Assembly (NCBI RefSeq): GCF_009914755.1
Contig: NC_060930.1
Strand: one strand, 5' to 3'
DNA from: the human T2T-CHM13v2.0 reference genome, Homo sapiens
DNA: 64,000 nt
Positions 44,018-56,330 of the stretch are shown piece by piece. The notes under the pieces were generated by a model. It was not told the origin of the DNA, did not search any database, and worked only from the letters and a program-made list of their open reading frames with translations. Each line of letters starts with the position of its first letter. Position 1 is the stretch's first letter. Both the position numbers and the translations under genes were made by a program.

Positions 44018-44103
44018 AATGAATGTACTTAACAACATGAACTATAAACTTAAAAATGGTTAAGATGGTAAATTTTATGGTATATGTATTTTATAATTTA
44101 AAA
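44018..44103 (+). mobile_element. L1MB/ME 3' terminal fragment inside captured segment
   Basis: gaatgtacttaac...acttaaaaatggttaagatggtaaattttatggtatatgtattttat. Confidence 0.8.
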
Positions 44104-44350
44104 TGTTGGAAAAACAAGATTCCCTTATACTTTTAGTCTATCAACATTGTCCTATGCAAGATAATTCTAATCTGTATTTGCCTGTCTCTTCCAAATGGAA
44201 TTATAGACTCACTGACAGGCTCCAGGACATGGCTTTTAAATCCTTAGCCTGACTGCCAAATTGGCAGAACAGCCACCCCCTTATCTCTGAACCTTGGGGT
44301 CTCATGGCCCTTTCAGAAGTAAAAGCTGTGATGAAATGAGGTTCCTTTGA

Positions 44351-44382
44351 GCAAAACCACAATTACTTTTGCACCAACCTAA
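44351..44382. mobile_element. Half MADE1 (single Hsmar1 TIR)
   Basis: gcaaaaccacaattacttttgcaccaacctaa followed by ta. Confidence 0.9.
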
Positions 44383-46505
44383 TAATAACATGTATCTTCT
44401 CTAACCTCAATGGAATAAAACTGAATTCAATAACACATTAGAAAGTTTATTCATCATGACCAAGTGGAATTTATCCTAGGGATGAAAAATTGGTTCAACA
44501 TACACAATCCAACCAATGTGATACATCATATCAACAGAATAAAAGACAAAAACCATATGATCATTTCAATTGATGCTGACAAAACATTTAATAAAATTCA
44601 ACATTCCTTCGTGATAAAAACCCTCATAAAAATAGGTATAGAATGAGCATATCTCAGCACAATAGAAATCATATATGACAGACCCACAGCTATTAATAGT
44701 ATTATACTGAATAGGGAAAAACTAAAAGCCTTTCCTTTAAGATCTGGAGCATGAAAAAGTTGCTCGCTTCCACCATTGTTATTCAACATAGTAATGAAAG
44801 TCCCAGCTAGAGTAATCAGATGAAAGAAAGAAGGGACATCTGAATTGAAAAGGAAGAAGTCAAATTAGACTTGTTTGCAGGTGATATGACCTTAATATTT
44901 GGAAAAATCTGAAGACTCCACCAAATAACTATTTGAACTGATAAGCAAATTTGATAAAGTTGCAGGATACAAAATCAACACACACAAATTAGTAGTATTT
45001 CCATAAGCCAGAAGCAAGCATTGTGAAAAGGAAATCAAGAAAGTAATCCCATTTACAATAGCTATGAATAAAATAAAATACCTAGGAATAAACTAACCCA
45101 AAGAAATGAATCCTCTCTACAATTAAAACTATAAAACATTGGTGAAAGAAGTCGAAAAGGACACAAAAAATGGACAGATATTCCACGTTTATGAACTAGC
45201 AATATCATTATTATTTGAAATGTCCATACTACCCAGAGATATCTACAGATTTAATGCAATACCTATCAAAATGTCAGTGACATTCTTCATAGAAATAGAA
45301 AAAGCAATCCTAAAATTTCTATGGAACTGCAAAAGACCCAGAATAGCCAAAGTTATCCTGAGCAAAAGAACACAACTGGAGGAATCACATTACCTGACTT
45401 TAAATTATACTACAGAGTTATGGTAACCAAAACAGCATGGTCCTGGCATAACAACAGGTATATAGACCAATGGAACAGAATGGAAAACCCGGAAGCAAAT
45501 CTATTCAACTATAGTGAACTCATTTTTGACAACAGTGCCAAAAGCATACACTGGGGAAAAGACAACCACTTCAATAAATGGTGCTGGGAAATTGGATATC
45601 CATATGCAGAAGAATGAAACTAGACCAACATCTCTTGCCATATAAACAGATCAAAATGGATTAAATACTTAAATCAACAATATCAAGCTATGAAACCACT
45701 AAAAGAAAACATTGGAAAAACTCTCCAGGGCAATGAACTGGCAAAAAATTTGTTCAGTAATATCCCATAGGTATAGGCAACCAAAGCAAAATCGGACATA
45801 TGCAATCACATCAAGTTAAAAAGCTTCTGTATGACAAAGGAAACAATCAATGAAATGAAGAGACAACCCACAGAATGGGATAAAATATTTGTATGTTACC
45901 CACCTTACAAGACATTAATAACCAGAACATATAAAGAGTTCAAATCAATAGAAAAAAATCTAATAATCTGATTTAAAAATGGGCAAAAGATCTGAATAGA
46001 AATTTCTCAAAGAAGACAAACAAATAGCAAACAGGTGTGTGAAAAGGGGCTCAACATCACTGATCATCAGAATAATGCACATTAAAAGCTAATGAGATTT
46101 CATATCACCCTAGTTAAAATCATTTATATCCAAAAGGCAGGCAATAACAAATGCTGTCAAGGATGTGAAGGGAATCATGTACACTGTTGGTGGAAATGTA
46201 AATTAGTACAACCACAATAGAATACATATGGAAATTCCTGAAAAAATAAAAGTAGAGCTACCATGTGATCCAGCAATCCTACTGCTGGATCTATACCCCA
46301 AATAAAAGAAACCAGTATATCAAAGGGATATCTGCACTCCCATGTTTGTTGCAGCACTGTTCATGATAGCAAACATTTGGAAGCAACCTAAGTGTCCATC
46401 AACAGATGAATGGATAAAGAAAATATGGTAGAAAGTGTGGTACACATATACTGTTAAATCAAGTTTAGCCTAAATCTGCCTACTTACATATTTTAAGTTC
46501 TGCCT

Positions 46506-46866
46506 TGTTAGTCGATTTTCATGCTGCTAATAAAGACATACCCAAGACTGGGTAATTTATAAATGAAAAGAGGTTTAATGGACTCACAGTTCCATGTGGC
46601 TGTAGAGGCCTCACAATCATGACAGAAGATGAAAGGCACATCTTACATGGTAGCAGGCAAGGAAAGAATGAGAGCCAAGTGAAAGGGGAAACCCCTTATA
46701 AAACAATCAGATCTCTTGAGACTTATTCACTACCGTGAGAACAATAGTGGGGAAACTGCCCCCATGATTCAATTATCTTCTACTGGATCCCTCCGACAAC
46801 ACAAACGAATTATGGGAGCTACAATTCAAAATGAGATTTGGGTGGAGACACAGCCAAACCATATCA
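46506..46866 (-). mobile_element. THE1B solo LTR within the 5' MER57 LTR
   Basis: THE1 body ending cagccaaaccatatca; 5-bp TSD tgcct/ggcct; absent from the 3' LTR. Confidence 0.92.
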
Positions 46867-49800
46867 GGCCTAAAGGTTTTTCTGTACATCATGAACTATA
46901 ATAAATGAAGGTGTAAACAGACTGTAGCCTGCACTTGTGCCAATCACTAAGTTTTGGCCAATCAAATGGAGCCAACTGTTTCAATCATATTCAAATGAGG
47001 CAAATGCTGAGCTGTAACAAATCCAGCTGTTACTGTATCTCACTTAAGCTGTAGCTAATCTGGTGTACTTTGTGCTATGAATTTGTCTTTCTGTGTCATT
47101 CTGTGGTAAAGAGGGATACCATAGAATAGAACATAGGATTAGGACCCCTGTAATCCGGCTGTTCAAGTCAGCCCAGCAAACTGGTCAGTTACAAACTTTG
47201 CTGTAGATCCCTGAAACTAGATGAGGTTTCCCTCTCATCTTGTTTTATGTCCTTGGGAGCTTGACCTTGTAACCACCAGGCAGTACTTTCTCTTGGTCTC
47301 TGCCATCCAGGGAACAGGAATTTGGGGGTTCATGTCATAGTTAGCTCTAAAAATTATCTTGAGCAGTTAAAAGACTTTGCAAGCTCAAAATTGACTATGC
47401 TAGACTCCTTCTGGAAAGAGCAATGGAGATTGCCCAGTACTATAGCTCAGTAGCTAAAGCTTTGCCTTTTCACAATGGTGCCTAGGTTCAGAGGTCAATT
47501 CCTGGCTTAAAGAATGAGTCCTTTCAGGTTTGATATCTGTGTGACTTTTGCCATTTATTGATTTTTCTTCCTCTTCATGAACAACTTCTGACTTCCTGTC
47601 TTGAATTTTATTTTCTCTGAGAACCTGAGAGATTACCTTTGGTAAATTTCAAACACCAGAAATATTGACCATTTGGTCTGGCTAGAGTCTCATAGTAAGG
47701 GCAATAGTTAAAAGTCAGCTTAATTAAAAGTGGATATCCAAGCTATATATATGTGTATATATATATATATACACACACACATATATATGATTATATAGAC
47801 ACATACTATATATGAGATAATATATATATATTTAAAAGGCCTTTATATATTTTTTTCTCTTCTTGGGTAGTGTCTTTCTAGAAAAAAAGGTCTTTTTCTT
47901 CTCAGTCAACTGAATTGTTTTTCTCAATTTTATCTCTTCCCACTCTTGATGCACATATGAGAGGACCCAAGATCATTTCTAACAGCTAGGAACTCCTTGG
48001 AAAAAAAAATGAGACACCACAGATCCTGTTTTGGGAAAAATCTTTGTTTTCCTCAAGGAACCCCAGGAATTGAAAATGTATCCTTCTCAAAATCTAAGTC
48101 TCTGTTCTGTTTTTCATTGCTTTACTTGATGTTTTTGACTCTTGGAAGTGTCAGAAATTACTTGGCATTGTGAGACAAGTTTTATAGATGGCTAATGGCA
48201 GTTATGGTGGGATGCTCAACTCTTTGCATGTTTCGATCAGAGAAGCATGTTCTTGGTCACCTAGAAGGTATGGAAATGCCCCCACTCCCTACTGAGAGAT
48301 AAGACTTTCATGGGGGATGGGCTAATCATAGAATGGGCTGATCAGCTTTGGATGCTTTGCAGTGAAATGCATGGTAAAATTATTGCACTATCTTGTTCTA
48401 TAGTATTTCTCTTTTGTGGATCCAGGATCCAGTATGAAAATGAAACCCTGAATTTGGGGGAATCTGTTTTGCCTTCCAGCTGTGCCTGCTTATTAGGCCC
48501 TAGAAACTGCATGTTTTCTTAGCCCTATTCCTTGAAGAACTCCACCCTGAAGCCAGTAATCCAATTAAGAAACTTTAAAACTGGCAAATGAAAAAAATCT
48601 TATAACTACTGGATCTTCTTCTATGTAGTTATATATGTGTTAAGTGGGTAATGTTTATATATGAAAGAGCTCTGATTAGTTATCTTAAAAATAATAAGCA
48701 CTTACATCAAATATTTTGTCAGAAAAATAAAAACTGTAATGCCTTTTAGTTCATGTGGCTTTAGTAAGCTTTGAGAAATAAAGAGTTGTAAAGATTGTTG
48801 TTAAAAAAAGACATTTGATCTAAATTAGGCAGATCAGATACTAGATTTGCTAAATGCTTTAAGGTAATAAACTACTTCTTTGATTTTTGAAAATAGTTCA
48901 ACTTACCTGCCATGGAGCCATTAGAATCTAGGTAAAGTATGGGGACATGTGGAGTTAGCCAAGGCCCCTGGCTATGCTGGAAAGAGTCAGACTTTATCTG
49001 CACTCCTGTCTGGTATCCTAGGCTCCACATCTAGTACATAATTAAAATTACTTACTTACCAGGTTTTTCACCAAAAATAAAAATTGCTAAGAGTTAACAC
49101 TGTACCATGTAATTGAGACTACTGGAAAAACAGTTTTACATGCAAGGTGTATGAGGGAAGTGAAATGTGCCTTTGGTAAAAGATTAAGAATGTAATTTTT
49201 TTTTGCCTAGATTAAAGGGATAAAGTATTGTTTTAAGTTAAATAGAATAAAGCTTAAGATTTGATAAAGTTTTAGAAGGTTTGTGAAAAATTTTGTAAAA
49301 AAAATATTGTGTGTGAACATATTGTCTATATTTAAAGGGGCATTATCCAGTTTTCCCCTAAATTGAACATTGGAATAATAGCACAATAGGGTTTTCTTAG
49401 AGCACTGATCTGCTTTTATTTTTAAAGGATTATAAAACATTTATGAGAATTTCACCTTATGATCAAACTGATTAAGATTGAATAGATTTTTCTATAAGGT
49501 TTTATTAAGGTTTGGGGTTGACATTAATGGTACACTAATACAAGAGTGAGATTGGGCTTTCTCTCTTGAACAAGATTTTAATGTAATATAAAAGGGCAAT
49601 GCAATATTTTTATTTGTCTTTTGAATAAATTACAGGAAAAATAAGAGAAAGACAAGAGACAGATTGTTTGGAAAGCTAAGTCTTCCCTCTATCAATGAGT
49701 TTTGCCTTTTTAAAATTTTTGAGTCATAATTTTGGCTAATGAATGACTTGTGGTGACCTGGAACTCTATTTTATAACATCAAGTGTATTAAAGCACTAAC

Positions 49801-51599
49801 ATATTTGACAGGCTTCCCCAAATCAAATTTCAGCTTCAATATTGTCCTTTGTGACCTCTAACTTTGGGATGCTACAGAGTGCCCCTGAAACATCCAAAAG
49901 AGAGGTAAACAGGATTATCTGACACGTTAAGTTACATGAGAAGCATTGTCAAAATAAAAAATAATGTTTAATTTTCTTCAGGGTATATTTTAGTGAATGT
50001 TAATATATGTTCCAAAATTGTATGGGATTTCTAAAATTCTATTATGTTTGAGTACATACATCAATCATAATTATGATTATTGTTGACCATAGAAATAACC
50101 AAATTTCCTTGTCAATTGTATCTTTAACTGTGACTATTTGAAGTCATTTCCACAGCTAACTGCTTAATACTGATGCAGTTTCTGAAAACTTTAAGCATGC
50201 AAAATCCTAGAATTTGGTGTCTTTCAGGGGTTTCATGAAAGGATGGAAAAGACCCTGAAAATCATGCTTGAATATGGGTTTCTGGTAACTTTAGAATCAG
50301 GTCATTTGAACTGGGTAAAAATACCTGGAATTTTAATAATAAAAAATACTGACTACTTTATAAAACTGCTAACCCAAGGAGCACAAAAATTAATTGAATA
50401 CAAAGTAAATACATTGCCAGATTTTCATGCTAAATCAGCCAATACTGAAATTGTTCAGATACACAATTTAAATAAACTCCACGGTCTAAGTCAAATTACC
50501 TATGATAACCCATCAGTTGTCAGTTCTATGCACCTAAGTTGGAGAAATAACCAGTATTCAAGAGGACATAAATTAATGTTAAACGTGGGCTCATGAAGAA
50601 CGAGGACGGACACCTTTTCCTTCCTGAGTCCTTAAAGCTTTTGTTATTAAAAGTTCCATATTCCATGACTCGTCATGGAAAAGATAAACTTATCCAGATT
50701 AAGTATATATTGGTGTGGTGACTTCTAAATTGCTAAAATAGTTTATGACCAATGTTTGGTTTGTCAAACCCATATTCCTGGGAAGACAAAGTTTAAGGTA
50801 TATTCAGCTACCTGATGTGCTATTTAAACATTTATAGATGTATCTCATTCAATTGTGACTTTCAATGCATGTTTTCTGGTTGTATAAAAGTTTTCTCATG
50901 CAAGAGGGCTGATGTTATAACAGTAGATCATTATGCCACAGTGTATTTTCACCAGGTAAAGAAAGGTTTTGATGACTCACTGACTGAGGACAATCGGCCC
51001 CTTCACAATCCAGAACCTGAATATTGGATCTTCTGAGAACATATGAGAAAGACTGCCCTTGCCATCCACACTGCAGCAAAACTTTAGGGCCTTGACCCTT
51101 AGGTTCATAATCTTAAAATCCCTGAGAAGGCTCCCTCCACACTGTTGGAACTTCAAAAGTTCCTTAAGGTAAAGCTAATCAGGGAAGTTTCTCCCTCCAA
51201 AAAGATGGCACCCTTGATGTGAACAGCCTTTCCCAAGATCATGGATTAAGACTTCTAGTGTCATGAGACTCTTATCTTTGAAAGTTTTTTCTTTGTTTGT
51301 GCCTCTATGGAAAATATAAGTGAAAAGGGGATCCATTGTGTGCACTCATGGGATATACTTTTATTTGTGAAGGATTTTGCAGCCAACCTTATACATAGAT
51401 AACCTTACACTTAATAGATGAAAGATGAAGGCTCAGTGTAAGTGAGAAACTTTAATGGTAGATTTAGTGCCTCATAATCAGTCAGAAACAGAACATTGGT
51501 TCACTCCTCTTAACCCACATCATGGGTTAAAGAGAACATTGTCAGGAGGCCTTCACTCTTCTAGAAGGGCTTCATTTGTTAGGTTCTTTTTTCCATAGT

Positions 51600-52075
51600 T
51601 TGGAGTAAAAGAGGCAGTGATTATAAAGGAATCCCTCATTATATGCTCTATAGAAGATTCTACTGTAAAGGCTATGGTACATAACAGACTTTAAAATCCC
51701 TTGTGAAAATAATGGTAAATGATAGAATTGCTCTAGATTACTTACTGGCTAAACAGAAGTATCTGTGTAGCTGCTGGCACTTGTGGACTATGGAGAAACA
51801 CATCAAATGTAGATTATAGAGATTCAGTTGTAGGGGATAAACTAAGAGACTGCTTAGTTAAGCAAGTAGACTGTTTATCTAGCTAATTCTTTGATCTATT
51901 TAATTTTAGGTGGGTTGGTTTATGGGGATCCTGGGTAAGGAGCATACTCCAAACTCTTGGTGTTATCCTCCTGATAGTCATAACAGTAGCCTCCGTGGTG
52001 CACTGTATTGTCTCAAAAGTTTTAAATGCTTGCATGCAGCCATCTCTAGAATATCAAATGGTCTCTCTCTAACTG
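51600..52075 (+). pseudogene. Retroviral env TM-subunit remnant
   Basis: QTLKSLVKIMVNDRIALDYLLAKQ (51685-51756; heptad/immunosuppressive-domain-like), frameshifted ICVAAGTC, and hydrophobic anchor WGSWVRSILQTLGVILLIVITVASVVHCIV in the frame starting at 51905. Confidence 0.8.
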
Positions 52076-53619
52076 GAATGACAAGAGCTGAAGGAAATGT
52101 GTGAGCATGAGACCACTGTACCCTATGAATGATATCCTGAGACCAAAAACCCAAAATGATGGTAACTGAGAGTGCTGCTAAGACCTTAAGTTTTGGTCAC
52201 TCTCTTGCCTGACTGAGTAAGAACCTGACCAAAAGGGGAGAATTTTTAAATAAAATTATGGGAGGCTATTGTTTTGGACTGAGGTAATGCACTAGGCCCC
52301 AACAGGTCAGACCAAACTAAAATGGAGTCACTCATGTTAAATGTGACATAGTCATACTAAGACTTTAAGAAAACACATAGATCCTAGAACAGACCAGGTC
52401 CTGTTTTTTGTTTGTTTGTTTGTTTGTTTGTTTTATCCTGTTAACAGGACATTCCAGCATAAGGAGGTACCCTCTAACCCTTAAAAAAAATAATAGCCTG
52501 AAGTCTTTGTTTCTACCTTGCAAAACCCACCGTTCTACTGTTTCCAAGTGGGTTTCAAAACCAAATAAATACATTTACAGTGGTGATAGTGACATCAATG
52601 ACTAAAGTTTTGGTCAATCTCTCAAAATTCAGAAGGTGACCAAAAAGGAGGAATTGTTCAATCAAGTTTAGCCTAAAGCTGCCTCCTTACATATTTTAAT
52701 TTCAGTCTAAAGGCTTTTCTATACATTGTGAACAAGTGGAAGTGTAAATAGATCATAGCCTACACTTGTGCCAATTACCGAGTTTCAGCCAATCAAATGT
52801 AGTCAACTGTTCAATGCATGTTTAAATGAGGCAAAAGCCAAGCTGTAACCAATCCAGCTGTTTCTGTACCTCACTTTCATTTTCTGTAAGTCACTTTCCT
52901 TTTTCTGTCCATAAATCTTCTCCCACATGGCTGCACTGGAGTCTCAGAGCCTACTCTAATTCTGGAGGCTGCTCAATTCACAAATTGTTTATTGCTCTAT
53001 TAAACTCCTTTAAATTTAATTTGGCTGAACATTTTCATTTATCAACACAATGGAGTACTATTCAGTCATAAAAAGAATGACATTCTGTCCTTTGCAACAA
53101 CATGGATGGAACTGGAGATCATTCTGTTAAGTTAATTAAGCCAGGCACAGAAAGTCTAACATCATATGTTCTCATTTATTTATGGGATCTAAAAATAAAA
53201 ACAATTGAACTCATGGAGACAGAGAGTAGAAGGATCATTATCAGAGGCTGTGAAGGGTAGTGGAAGGGTGAGGTGAGTGGGGGTGGAGGGGAGTTGAGGA
53301 TGGTTAATGAGTGTAAAATAGAAAGAGCAAATAAGATCTACTATTTGATAGCACAACAGGGTGACTACACTCAATAATAATTTAATTGTACATTTCAAAA
53401 ATAACTAAAAGTGTATAATTGGATTGTTTATAACACAATGATAAATGTTTAAGGAGATGGAGACCCCATTTTCCATGCTGTGATTATTATGCATTGTGTG
53501 CCTGTGTCACAACATCTCATATACCCCATAAATATATATACACACATATATATAGTACCCACAAAAATTAAAAATAAAAAAGCATAAATAGAATTCGGGG
53601 TGAAGGGAGTGGCAGTGAA

Positions 53620-53960
53620 ATGTCCCTGAAGTCAGAATCAGATTGATGTGCTCGTGTAGCAGAAAGAAAGCTAGAATAGTTACAGCATAGTGCAGAAGGG
53701 GAGAGTGGCATGTGCTTAGGCCAGATGAGTAGGCAGAGGCCAGATCATTTAGAATTTTGTAAGAAGTTTGGATTTTATTCTAAGGATAATGGGAATTAAC
53801 TGAAAAGTTTTAAATTAGAGATGATATAACATTTTACAACATTTTTAAAGACCTCTCTGACTTCAGTGTGGAGAGGAGACATGAAAGCTCAGGAGTACAA
53901 TCAAGATGATTCAGAGACTATTTTTGTTGGTTGGATAAGAGATAGTAAGATATTAGACCA
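53620..53960 (-). mobile_element. L2 fragment
   Basis: gtaggcagaggccagatcat...taagaagtttggattttattctaagg...ctctctgacttcagtgtggaga. Confidence 0.75.
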
Positions 53961-54059
53961 ATATAGCTTATGAGGAGAGGATGCCAAACATTTGTGCACC
54001 AATGTATTTCTTGTTTCCCGGCAAAGATCTTCCTTCACCACCCCCGTCTTATCATTATC

Positions 54060-54353
54060 TTTTTTTTTTTTTTTGAGACAGGATCTCACTCTGTCACCCA
54101 GGCTGGCGTGCAGTGGTACAATCACTGCTAACTGCAGCCTCGAATTCCCGGGCTCCAATGATCCTCCCACCTCAGCCTCTGAGTAGCTGGGACCACATAT
54201 GTGCACCACCACACCCAGGCAATTTTTGTATTTTTAATAGAGACAGGGTTTCACCATGTTGCCCAGGCTGGTCTCAAACTCCTGAGCTCAAGCAATTCAC
54301 CTATCTTGGCCTCCCAGTGTTGGGATTACAGGTGTGAGCCACTGCACCCAGCC
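54060..54353 (-). mobile_element. AluJ
   Basis: Dimer with J-type diagnostics; TSD ccgtcttatc (54044-54053) / ccatcttatc (54354-54363). Confidence 0.93.
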
Positions 54354-55104
54354 CCATCTTATCTTTTTAAAGACTATGATAGCCTTTGAGGTTTCTGAAA
54401 AGGTTTCATAAAGTTCAAATTTTTCTGTGGTGAGATTAATGTGCAAATGATGTTTGAGAACTGGACACTGCCTTCATAGATAGATAGAGCAGAGTTTCAT
54501 CTAAATCCTTGCTGAAGGAAAATTGTGTAATAGTCTATACCTCCATAATGTGTCACAAAATATTAAAAGAAATACAAGAAACTATGAGTATTTTATGGAC
54601 TCAATACTGTCATTTGACAAACGCATAGCCTCAGTTTTCCTCTGCTGCAGCCCCAAAGCCACAGAGCATTTCGACAATTGCAGGACACTTACAGCAATAG
54701 AAGTAAATAAAAGAAAATTCAAGCCTCATTGTATTTTTTCTTTGAAATATTCCATTTTAAGCACATGTAAGCTTGATATAAACTAAGACATCTATTATAA
54801 TAACAATGTATGTTTTCCATAATCACTATCAATTAAAAACTATTTTAGACTTTAAAAGACAAAGTGGTGATTGCATTTTACCTGACTATGTACGGTAGAA
54901 TTTTATGTTTCCTCACAAACTTTGCAGTAAAATAATACCTAATTCAGGCTTGGATCATTTTCTTATAAAGATGTAAGAAAATGCCTAATTCATTTGTGAT
55001 CCCCTCACTACATTTTTGTCAATAATTTACATCTTGATGTGAGTTGGTAAGAAGAATTTTCCTCCTTGCAATTAGCTTGAAGCCAGGGCACTCTTAAATA
55101 GGAA

Positions 55105-55442
55105 TTCATAATGTTTGAATGTGTCCCACAAAAATTCATGTGTTGAAAACTTAATCCCTCTGCACTCACTAATGGATTAATGTTGCTATCATGGGAGTGG
55201 GTTTATCATCATGGAAGTGGCTCTGTTATAAAAGTTAGCTATCTCTGGCTCTCTTGCTTTTGCCTTCTTGCCATGTGATGCCTTCTTGCATGTTACAATG
55301 CAGCAAAAGGCCCTCAGCAGATGTTGACACCATGCTCTTAGACTTCCCAGCCTCCAGAGTCAGGAGCTAAATAAACTTTCATTCTTTTTAAATTACCCAG
55401 CTTGTGGTATTCTGCTATGGCAACAGAAAATGGACTAAGACA
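55105..55442 (+). mobile_element. MSTD/MSTB1-like LTR, internally deleted
   Basis: gtttgaatgtgtccc...aacttaatccc start; ends gcaacagaaaatggactaagaca. Confidence 0.85.
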
Positions 55443-56109
55443 GTAACTTTAATAAGAATTATGAGGGAAATAATTCAGAGCACTTCAAGAAAGAAATTCT
55501 GAATGGATAATCATGAACATTAGGAAGGTACTAGGCACATGTTGGGGGAAACTTAGAGAGAAGGATCAATAAAAGAAAAGGGTGACATCACCTAGATGAT
55601 GAAGGTACAACAAATTACAGGCAGGATGTTTTGGTATAAATAATGTGGGCAGTTGATTGTTAGCTGGCTCATTTGTTGTTGTTGTGTTTGGGGGAGCTTA
55701 ATATGCAAAAGAGTTTCATGATTGGTAAATAATGTGAATGTTAGTTATTTTTATTTTGAGAATATGCCAGGAAGAGAGTGATTGCACAGATGCATCATTA
55801 GAGTTTGAGAGCTACTATTCTAGGAAAAGTATAAACCAAATCTCCCTTTTCACCACCACCCAGTCCAATATACTGTAGAAGAATCTGTAACTTCAGCATA
55901 TATTCAAGGACACAGCTGGACCAGATATTACAAGGTGGCATTTTAGAGTAAGAAATATAAATGGGCCTGGATTCTGAAAAATTTCTTATTTAGGTTTAGC
56001 TCTCCATCTTGTCATCACGGTGGCAAGTTCTTAAGGCCAGACATGCAGTTGTAAGCATAAGAGTTAAGGTGAGCTACAAAACTCACCATGCTTTAGTCTG
56101 GGCATAAAC

Positions 56110-56330
56110 CTAAAAGCTGATTGTCTACTTAACAGTCATTTCTCTCTTTCTCTTTACTAACAAAACTGTGGTATTCTTCAGAAACTGGATAGCTAAATGC
56201 TGCTGGGAAGCTGGACCCATCCATGGACTCAGGGAATTACTCCCACTTGCTAGTCTAAATCATCTGGGTAATTCCATTTTCCTTGCTAGTAATTGGTTTA
56301 GAAATGGCAAGCAACTCAATTATATTAATA
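56110..56330 (+). mobile_element. Old MLT1K/L-like fragment
   Basis: ggtaattccattttccttgctagtaattggtttagaaatggc motif. Confidence 0.55.

Larger units (their letters stand above)
46452..53044 (+). mobile_element. MER57-like (MER4-group ERV1) provirus
   Basis: Two related LTRs (46452-47045 partial; 52655-53044 complete) starting tgttaaatcaagtttagcctaaa / tgttcaatcaagtttagcctaaa; PPT before the 3' LTR; 4-bp TSD atac/acac; host L1 resumes in register. Confidence 0.9.
39673..53582 (+). mobile_element. L1MA2-like near full-length L1, multiply interrupted
   Basis: L1M1-type 5' end, ORF1 (about 41580-42480), ORF2 (about 43010-46451, resuming 53045), L1MA2-type 3'UTR ending gtacccacaaaaattaaaaataaaaaa. 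Confidence 0.88.

Noticed and set aside
47743-47830. (TA)n/(CA)n tract
   Set aside because: Simple microsatellite inside the ERV interior.
50243-50596. 117-aa ORF in the ERV interior
   Set aside because: No gag, pol or env motif that I can recognise.
53901-54389. ORFs with Alu-like peptides
   Set aside because: Translations of the AluJ.
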